A DNA stretch of 64,000 nt from Deltaproteobacteria bacterium. GTDB lineage: Bacteria; Acidobacteriota; Thermoanaerobaculia; Multivoradales; JAHZIX01. Location: NCBI GenBank assembly GCA_022601195.1, contig JAHZIX010000006.1:16629-80628 (forward strand). Reading direction: 5' to 3'. Within the stretch, counting starts at the first letter, position 1; each line of letters opens with the position of its first letter. The notes beneath the pieces were generated by a model. That model made no database searches and was not told the DNA's origin. It was given only the letters and a program-made list of their open reading frames with translations. A program made the position numbers and the translations under genes. Shown piece by piece: positions 9,295 to 16,315 of the stretch.

Positions 9295-11138
9295 GGTCGC
9301 TTCGCTTCTCCCGAGGCCGCCACGGTCTTTCTGCCCAACAACATAGGGCGAGAGAAGCCATCCGGGGCAAACTCTTCAACTTGTGGAAAACCGTTGGCCT
9401 GGAGGAGCCTCTTGAGGAAAGTCAAAGTGGATTTCTGAGCTTTGTTCTCGGTGGCCTGGGCTCGGGTGTCGTTCTTGGCCTGAAGCACCATCATGGGGGC
9501 GAGCTCCGCTGCTCTACGGACCACCTGAGCCATTTCCTCCTCCTCTAGGTAGTAGAGGGAGCAAAAGGCGGTCACGAGATCGAAGGAGCCCCAGTCTTCC
9601 GTCAGCACGGCACGCATATCCCGTCTCTTGAGGTCGAGGCTGTAGGACCGCATATCTCGCCAATGGAATAGGGCTTCCAATGATCGAGCGCTTTGGCAGT
9701 TTTCTTCCGACTGCTCCACCGCGACGACTTGGCGAGCTCCGGCCCGCAGCATCAGCAGGGGGAGCACACAGTTGTGGGAGCCGAGGTCGAGAATGCGTTT
9801 GCCTTCGATCTGGCCTTCCAGCGCTCGTCGGTTGAGGTACTCCCACCTCCCGGTGCCGCTGTCGACGGACCAGAAGCCGCGAGTCGCCAGGCCGTCGCCT
9901 AAGTCCACGGGGGCATAGGATTCGAGGGCCGGGGTTGCCAAGAGGGCACGGGCGCTGCCTTCCGTGAGGAGGTCTCGGTCGTAGAGTCGGTTGAACTTTG
10001 AGCGGTCGCGGTCCCGCTGTAGGGCGAAGAGGAAGCCAAGATCCGGGCCGTGGCAATAGCCATCATCGAAATCGAAGAAGCTCGGCAGGCCCTCTACCGG
10101 ATCCACAGCAACATTGCTAAAGGTGAGGCTTAAACCGGTGACGCCACGGGAGTGAATCACTTCCATCTGGCGCTCCAATTCGGCGACAAAACCTGCGCCG
10201 ACCGCTTTTTGTAGGTGCTGGGTTCCCCTCTCCAGTATCGCTGCCAGCCGCGCCGGCGGTTCCAGGGCCTCGAGGTCCGGGTCCGTCGCTGTTTGTGACA
10301 GGCGGATGCGGGCTCCGGAGCGCACCAGGAGGTCGTTCAAGGTGTCCCCAGGAAGGAAACTTCGGGTGAGGTGATAGCGCTTCTCATCGACCGCGAGAAC
10401 GGTCGGCACCCGGGCGTGACCGGCGAGTTGGTCGAGGATGGTCCACTCTTTCTGAAAAGTCCGTTGGTCGCCTCGAAAGTTCTTGCGAATGGCAACCCAA
10501 CCTTGGACTAGGACCAAATCGAGGTCGTAGCGAGATCGGTTGAGGAAATCCTCTTTGGAGCCAGGGTCGAAACCGGGGAAGGTGCCGAAGTTGGAGAGCA
10601 GCTTGCCATCGGCGTCGATGTGGCCGAGAACGACCAGCTCATCTCCCTCGCGCTGCGATTCCACCGCTCTCCGCACCGTCCCATCGACTTCCCAGCTCTG
10701 CCAATCGATGGCGCTGCCCTTGGTGGCACGATCTTTGGTGGCACCGTCTTCGAGGGGATTGGCCGAGGTAAGTAGAGAGTGAGAGGGCAGCCTCGACCGC
10801 GCCCCCTCGAGGCGCTGGCGCCTCTGGCGAGCTTCGGACAAGCTCTGCCAACTCCACCGAGCCAGTGCCAGGAACAAGCCGAGGATGATGCCTGCTGGAA
10901 TTCCAATCCATGGAACGGTAATCAGCCCGAGCAGGAAGAAGGCTGTCATCCCGGCGAAAGTCCCGGCTGCACGGACCCGACGCGGGCTGTGGTGAAAAAA
11001 GGTTCGGTAGCGCAGACGGGGCCATAGGTAGCCTCCAACCAGATAGAGCAGGTAGGAAGGTCGCCGTCGCCGGAGCACCTCCATCAGGCGGACGAGGGCA
11101 TTCATGGTGTTCTTCCACCCCAGGTCGTGACTCCGCAA
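9291..11138 (-). CDS. Membrane-anchored protein-kinase-like domain fused to C-terminal class I SAM methyltransferase (WbdD-like chain-terminator candidate)
   Basis: 615 aa with two N-terminal TM helices (LLYLVGGYLW...; FFLLGLITVPWIGIPAGIILGLFLALA). The central domain has a beta3-Lys-like WVAIRK, an FSNVAVDP catalytic-loop-like segment and a DFG-like FFDFDDG, but no canonical HxD. The C-terminus has MTase motif I KRILDLGSHNCVLPLLMLRAGARQVVAVEQSEEN. Confidence 0.55.
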   Translation of the reverse strand: MRSHDLGWKNTMNALVRLMEVLRRRRPSYLLYLVGGYLWPRLRYRTFFHHSPRRVRAAGTFAGMTAFFLLGLITVPWIGIPAGIILGLFLALARWSWQSLSEARQRRQRLEGARSRLPSHSLLTSANPLEDGATKDRATKGSAIDWQSWEVDGTVRRAVESQREGDELVVLGHIDADGKLLSNFGTFPGFDPGSKEDFLNRSRYDLDLVLVQGWVAIRKNFRGDQRTFQKEWTILDQLAGHARVPTVLAVDEKRYHLTRSFLPGDTLNDLLVRSGARIRLSQTATDPDLEALEPPARLAAILERGTQHLQKAVGAGFVAELERQMEVIHSRGVTGLSLTFSNVAVDPVEGLPSFFDFDDGYCHGPDLGFLFALQRDRDRSKFNRLYDRDLLTEGSARALLATPALESYAPVDLGDGLATRGFWSVDSGTGRWEYLNRRALEGQIEGKRILDLGSHNCVLPLLMLRAGARQVVAVEQSEENCQSARSLEALFHWRDMRSYSLDLKRRDMRAVLTEDWGSFDLVTAFCSLYYLEEEEMAQVVRRAAELAPMMVLQAKNDTRAQATENKAQKSTLTFLKRLLQANGFPQVEEFAPDGFSRPMLLGRKTVAASGEAKRP

Positions 11139-11160
11139 ACAGGCTGCATGATCGGGTGGT

Positions 11161-12003
11161 TCATCCCTTCGGTACCGCTAGGACGTGCTTTGGGTAGAGG
11201 CGGCCCCCCTCTCGAACCGGCTCGATGGGAGTGAGGGTGTAGGAGGCGGCGGTGAGGAGCCGTTGGACTGCGGTGTCGTTGGCGGGATCGTGAACCTCGA
11301 TCAGCCAGGTGGGAGGAGTCTGCGAAGCGAGCAGGTCTCTGGCCCCTTCCAGCGCTTGGCCTTCTGCGCCTTCGATGTCCATCTTGATGAAGTTAGGGGG
11401 CGGGTGGTTGGAGACGAAATCATCCAGTCGGATCGTCGACACCTGCACGGTTTCTCCCTCTTCTTGTGCTCCCTCTTGTCGAGAGGAGCTTGGCTCGGAG
11501 TCGGCGACGAGGCTCGCTTCCGTGGTGGCTCTGCCGGTGCCGAGAAAAAGGGTCGAGTGACCGGTTTCGCTGGCTACGGCGAAGGACTCCAAAGAAACCT
11601 GCTGGCAACCGTTTTGTTCCAAAGCAAGCTCCAGGAGTCGCCGGTTTGCCTCGACCGGCTCGAAAGTGAAGACCCGCCCCTTCGGCCCCACGATGCGTGC
11701 GGCCAGCAAGCTCATATAGCCGTTGTGACCACCGATGTCGTAGCACACTCCGCCCGGGCGGAGATGGCGCACCATGGTCTCCTGAGCAGGCAATTCGTAG
11801 ACCCCGAGGCGTTGGGCCAGGCCTCCGGTGAATCGGGCGCCTCGCAGGGGGCCGGAGAGGACGCGATGGCGCCGCAGAGCCCGTCGGCAAATGGCCTCGA
11901 AGGGGCGGCGGAAGGGTCCCCACCAGAGCTTCCCAAGAAGCCTCTGGAGAGGGGTAATGGTCACAGAGGATTCCTGTTCCACAGGTGTCTGGGCAGCCTT
12001 CAT
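11161..12003 (-). CDS. FkbM-family methyltransferase
   Basis: GGVCYDIGGHNGYMSLLAA...NFIKMDIEGAEGQALEGA matches the Methyltransf_21 (FkbM) hallmarks. The likely start is MKAAQ at 12003, overlapping the upstream stop as ATGA; the ORF track offers an earlier start at 12042. Confidence 0.8.
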   Translation of the reverse strand: MKAAQTPVEQESSVTITPLQRLLGKLWWGPFRRPFEAICRRALRRHRVLSGPLRGARFTGGLAQRLGVYELPAQETMVRHLRPGGVCYDIGGHNGYMSLLAARIVGPKGRVFTFEPVEANRRLLELALEQNGCQQVSLESFAVASETGHSTLFLGTGRATTEASLVADSEPSSSRQEGAQEEGETVQVSTIRLDDFVSNHPPPNFIKMDIEGAEGQALEGARDLLASQTPPTWLIEVHDPANDTAVQRLLTAASYTLTPIEPVREGGRLYPKHVLAVPKG

Positions 12004-13433
12004 GCCTTCTCTTTTCGGTCTTGGGCCAAATGCAGCAGGCACTCAGCGACACGGCGGCCGCTGTTGCCATCGAGGGTATCCCCGAACATTTCGTGGAGGA
12101 AGCGACGACGGATCTCGCTGTCTCCCTGCGGCTCGCTGAGACCCCGGTACAGCATGCTCCTCATATCTTCGACACTTCTGGCCACCATTACCGCACCGCT
12201 CTGGGCCACAGGCCAATAGTGGTCGAAGCGAATGTGGCGCTCAAAGCCGAGGGCCCACGGTAGGTTCGAGCCGGGGGGGTCGAAATCGAGATTCATCACC
12301 GGTTTGTCGAACAGCAGCAGCTCGAGAGAAACGGTGGAGGCAGCGTTGATTCCAACGGTGGCGTGGCGCAGTAGGTTGGAGTAGAGAGCCAGGTCCTCGA
12401 AAAGGGGTGTTTGCCAACGAGGTTCCCATAGGACTTCCGGAAACACTACGTCCGGGAGGTTGCGTTTCGACAGTTCCAGCATCTCGGGGCTGGTGCCCTT
12501 GACGTAGGTCCGCACCACCAGTTGTGGCTTGTGGGGCAGATCCAGCTCTGCAAGGATGCGGATCACTTCCTCTACGTGGCGATGCTCTTCGAAAAAGTGA
12601 TTCGAGATTCCGGTGGTGTAGAGAACGAAGGGTCGATTGGCGTCGAGGCCAACCCGTTGACAGAGCTCCTCTCGGGAGAGCTCCAGATCCGATTTGAGAT
12701 GAAAGTCGAATTGGGGAGTGCCGGTCGTCCAAACGTTTTCCGCTTTGACCCTCGGGTAGATTTCCAGGAGCTGCTGGCGCATGTTCTCGTGCCATACCAG
12801 GTAGTGGTCGTAGGGCGGAAAGATGCGGCTACGGGAGGTGAGATTGTCCCAGGAGAAAATGAAGCCCGCGGTGGGGATGCCCATGCGCTTGGCGACTCGA
12901 ATGGGCAGCTCTCCGGCCTGGCCATGGATATGGGAGCCGTTAAACACTAGGTCCGGTTGGAGTTCTTCGAATAATTCGTCGAACCGGCGGGTCGGCCGCA
13001 GAGTGTAGCTCAGGCGGTTTTCCAGGGCGGTCAGGGCGTGGAGGCTCGGGGAGTTGGCGAGGAGTCTGGAGGCAGCTTTGATCAGCCACCGCTGCAAGCT
13101 CTTGCCCCGCTCGGCGGCGCGGCGATCCCGTAGCTCCCAATGGTTTCGGGCGACGGCGCTCCATAGCCACCGGTCGTGGGCATTCTCGGTGAGAGTTCGC
13201 AAATAGTAGGAGAGGCGCGGCTGCGGCAGCTCAGAGAGGGGCAGGATCGCCTCGACGAAGGGCCGGAAAGGTTCCACGAAGGCCTCGTCGTGAACCACCG
13301 TCAACACGGTGACCCGTGCCTGCTCGTGAAGGGTCCGCAGGGTCTCGGAGTAGAGGAAGTTGCGCACCGCCTCTCCGCGCGGGATCACCAGCACAACGTG
13401 GGGTCGCGAGGACTTGTTTTCTGGGGAAGTCAA
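12000..13433 (-). CDS. GT-B-fold surface-polysaccharide biosynthesis protein (TagF/KpsS-like glycosyl- or polyol-phosphate transferase); possible ulosonic-acid transferase
   Basis: 477 aa. RPFVLYTTGISNHFFEE resembles the TagF-family YAPTWR region. Its position immediately next to the NeuB-like/CMP-synthetase pair is the usual place for the cognate transferase. The assignment is weak. Confidence 0.4.
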   Translation of the reverse strand: MTSPENKSSRPHVVLVIPRGEAVRNFLYSETLRTLHEQARVTVLTVVHDEAFVEPFRPFVEAILPLSELPQPRLSYYLRTLTENAHDRWLWSAVARNHWELRDRRAAERGKSLQRWLIKAASRLLANSPSLHALTALENRLSYTLRPTRRFDELFEELQPDLVFNGSHIHGQAGELPIRVAKRMGIPTAGFIFSWDNLTSRSRIFPPYDHYLVWHENMRQQLLEIYPRVKAENVWTTGTPQFDFHLKSDLELSREELCQRVGLDANRPFVLYTTGISNHFFEEHRHVEEVIRILAELDLPHKPQLVVRTYVKGTSPEMLELSKRNLPDVVFPEVLWEPRWQTPLFEDLALYSNLLRHATVGINAASTVSLELLLFDKPVMNLDFDPPGSNLPWALGFERHIRFDHYWPVAQSGAVMVARSVEDMRSMLYRGLSEPQGDSEIRRRFLHEMFGDTLDGNSGRRVAECLLHLAQDRKEKA

Positions 13434-13491
13434 GGCAGGCCTATTCCGTTAGTAGCAGATGCTCTCGCCGCGGCAATTTTCAGATCAGGCC

Positions 13492-15381
13492 TCAAAGGAC
13501 CCCGAAACGTCCCAAGCGGTGGATGGCTTCCACAAAACCCGCGGCGTTGTGCAAATGCCCGCTCCAGATCTCCGGCACCCAGCTAAAGTCTTTGTGGGAG
13601 AGGAGCTCCATCAAGTCATCCCATTCCACGACGCCCTCACCGATCTGCAACCCTTCGCCATCGATTCCGCTGGCATCGGCGACGTGCAGATGACGCACAT
13701 GGGGCAGACACAGGTCGACGAAATCCTGCAGCTTGCGGTGATAGAAGTTGCAATAGAGCTGGGCGTGGGAGATATCCAGAGTCATCCCCAGGCCTAGCTC
13801 CTGGCAGAACTCCACCAATTCCTCCGGTCGGATGAAGACGTTCTGGACCCATTGCCCTCCCAGGTACCAAGGCCGGGGAGGAAGATTTTCCGGCAGCAGA
13901 ATGGTGCCCTTCGCATCGAGTCGGCGAAAGGCCTCCACGGCTCGACCGAGGAGCAGGTCGTGGCGCTCGATGGGCTCGTCCATGCTCATGCCGCCGACAT
14001 GGATGACCACGCCCACGGGACCGGTGAAATGAGCTTGCATGGCAGCAGCCTTGTCGATGGTGCGCTGCATCAGAGTGATGGCTTGTTCACGGATCTCGTC
14101 ATCGAAGGAACAAAGGTCCAGGAGTCGGCTGTCGGAAAACTCGGGAGCATGAATGAACAGCTGCTGCGGGTGAGGCGAGGGGGGAGCTTCGAAAGGGTGA
14201 TCCACATCCGCTTCGCTGAAATGAAGCTCCACTAATTTCGGCTTCTTCTCCAGAATCTCCTGGAGATCGTGGAAGCGGGCCTTGAGTCCCCAGGTACGGA
14301 CCAGCTTCGAGGGTTCCAGGACGCGATCCGTGCCGGTCGACAAGTCCCCCTCGGTGAAATATTCGTCCTCTTCGATATTGCGATCCAAACGAGTGCCGAG
14401 GAGCTCTTGCATGCGCTGGGGGGAGAGCCCTTTGCCGGGTCCCTTGACTCGCACCATTGCTCGCTCGACGACCGTGCCCGTTGCCAAGTCTCGAGACGCG
14501 ACCAGGCTCTTGCGCAGCACCTGGCGATTGAGCATCTCCATGGTGGAAAGGTGTTTGACTTGGTCCCCTAGAGCAATTTCTCCATGGCGAATATCGCGCA
14601 CCAACTTCTGGATCCCTGCCGGCTCCAGACTCGCTGGGTGGTCCGGTCCAGGGAGGGTGCGGTCCAGGGTGATGTGTTTTTCGATGATCACGGAGCCCAA
14701 GGCCAAGGCCAGCATGGGGACGGCAATGCCCCGTTCGTGGCTGCTGTAACCCACCGGCACGTCCAACTCCTTGAGTCGCTCCAGGTAGCGCAAGTTGAGG
14801 CTCTCGAAGGGGGCCGGGTAGGTGCTGACGCAGTGGAGCAAGGCGAAGGAGGCGCCGAGATTCTTGAGGTGGCTAACGGTTCTCTCGATCTCCTCCGGAG
14901 TCGCCATGCCCGTCGAGAGAATCAGGGGCTTGCCCGTAGCGGTCAATTTTTCCAGCAAGGGCAAATTGACCAGATCCGCAGAGGCCACTTTGTAGATGCT
15001 CACTCCGAGCTCTTCGAGAAACTCCAGGCTCGGGGCGTCCCAGGGAGTGCACATGAAGCGGATTCCCTTTTCGTCGCAGCGCGCCTTGATCTGGTGGAAG
15101 CCGTCGTCGGTGAGCTCCTGCTGTTGGAGGATCGGTAGAAGGTATTGAAAAGCCCACTCGGCAGAGTTGGGATCGTTGAGCAGCTTGGCCGGGTACAGGC
15201 TCTTGACGTTCCGTTTCTGAAATTTGACCGCGTCGGCACCGGCTTCCGCAGCGACATCGACCAGCTTTAGGGCCATGTCCAGGCTACCGTTATGGTTCAC
15301 GCCGGCCTCGGCGATGATGAAGCAGGGCTCGCCCGTTCCGATACGGCGATCTTCCAGTTGCAAATAAGGTGTCTCAGGCAT
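13492..15381 (-). CDS. NeuB-family ulosonic-acid synthase (PEP-condensing, with SAF domain) fused to a C-terminal xylose-isomerase-like TIM-barrel (AP_endonuc_2) domain
   Basis: The N-terminal CFIIAEAGVNHNGSLDMALKLVDVAAEAGADAVKFQ is the classic NeuB/PseI/LegI motif. The SAF region lies around SLVASRDLATGTVVERAMVRVKG. Residues ~350-629 carry LHVADASGIDGEGLQIGEGVVEWDDLMELL, typical of sugar-phosphate isomerase/epimerase TIM barrels. Confidence 0.8.
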   Translation of the reverse strand: MPETPYLQLEDRRIGTGEPCFIIAEAGVNHNGSLDMALKLVDVAAEAGADAVKFQKRNVKSLYPAKLLNDPNSAEWAFQYLLPILQQQELTDDGFHQIKARCDEKGIRFMCTPWDAPSLEFLEELGVSIYKVASADLVNLPLLEKLTATGKPLILSTGMATPEEIERTVSHLKNLGASFALLHCVSTYPAPFESLNLRYLERLKELDVPVGYSSHERGIAVPMLALALGSVIIEKHITLDRTLPGPDHPASLEPAGIQKLVRDIRHGEIALGDQVKHLSTMEMLNRQVLRKSLVASRDLATGTVVERAMVRVKGPGKGLSPQRMQELLGTRLDRNIEEDEYFTEGDLSTGTDRVLEPSKLVRTWGLKARFHDLQEILEKKPKLVELHFSEADVDHPFEAPPSPHPQQLFIHAPEFSDSRLLDLCSFDDEIREQAITLMQRTIDKAAAMQAHFTGPVGVVIHVGGMSMDEPIERHDLLLGRAVEAFRRLDAKGTILLPENLPPRPWYLGGQWVQNVFIRPEELVEFCQELGLGMTLDISHAQLYCNFYHRKLQDFVDLCLPHVRHLHVADASGIDGEGLQIGEGVVEWDDLMELLSHKDFSWVPEIWSGHLHNAAGFVEAIHRLGRFGVL

Positions 15382-15616
15382 GACGGCTCTCGTTTCTCAC
15401 GGTGCTCCCTCTGGCCAGCGTGTTTTCTCTAGTCAGTGTGCTCGTTCTTCTGACAACGCTCATGGCGCTGAATACGTGCGCTGTTTTTGCGATGCGCAGG
15501 GTCTTATCTATGCGCAGATCTCTTCGGTGCAGAGGTTTTTACCCATGCAGACTACGCTGAACAACGCTCGCCGGTGCCGGCCGGAAGGGTCTTCACAAGA
15601 TCTTAGGGATGGAGAT

Positions 15617-16315
15617 TCAGGACTTGACCGCGCGGCGCAACTGAAAGAGCTGCTCCATGCGCGGAAGATCTTCGGGCTCGTCGATCTGGAACGAATCAAG
15701 GGGGTCCATCCGGTGAACGGCGATTCTACCACCTAGACGGTTGCCATGGCGACGCAGCACCCAGGGCTTGAAGAGATAGATCGAACCGTTTTCTAGTAGA
15801 TCTTCTCCCAGATCCTGGCGGCGTTGACGCCTCTCGAAGTCGTAGCTAACGGAGCTCAGGCCCTGGGCATTCAGGCGCCATACGAATCCGTGAACCGGGC
15901 AAGCGGAAAACAAGCTGTCTGCCCCTTCTCGGTGCAGGGTTTCGATGGCCCGGGCTATGTCTTCCGGTTGGCGCAGAGGGGATGTGGCTTGGAGGAAGAG
16001 GACTAGGTCTGGCACGTATCCCTCCTCCTGTTCCAGGTGATCCAATGCATGGACCAGAGCCGACTCGGAGCTGGCTTCGTCGCCACTGATGTCTACCGGG
16101 CGGTGGACGACTTCAGCACCGTACTCGCTGGCCACTCCGGCGATGACCTGGTCATCCGTGGAGACGACCACCCGGTCCACGGCGGAAGCTTGTCGAGCTT
16201 GCTCGATGCTATGGGCGACCAGAGGTTTTCCCGCTACCAGGTGGACGTTTTTTCCAGGTATTCCTTTGGAGCCCCCCCGGGCAGGGATCAGGGCGAGGAT
16301 GGAAGGTGCGCTCAA
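15617..16315 (-). CDS. CMP-ulosonic acid synthetase (acylneuraminate/KDO cytidylyltransferase family)
   Basis: ALIPARGGSKGIPGKN N-terminal motif, 232 aa. It is separated from the synthase gene by an unusual 235-bp gap. Confidence 0.85.
   Translation of the reverse strand: MSAPSILALIPARGGSKGIPGKNVHLVAGKPLVAHSIEQARQASAVDRVVVSTDDQVIAGVASEYGAEVVHRPVDISGDEASSESALVHALDHLEQEEGYVPDLVLFLQATSPLRQPEDIARAIETLHREGADSLFSACPVHGFVWRLNAQGLSSVSYDFERRQRRQDLGEDLLENGSIYLFKPWVLRRHGNRLGGRIAVHRMDPLDSFQIDEPEDLPRMEQLFQLRRAVKS

Noticed and set aside
11185-12219. 344-aa plus-strand ORF antisense to the FkbM methyltransferase and GT-B genes
   Set aside because: It has a Gly/Ala/Arg-rich low-complexity composition typical of antisense frames in high-GC DNA. 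It lacks any domain signature, and the opposite strand carries two well-supported genes with coupled start/stop.
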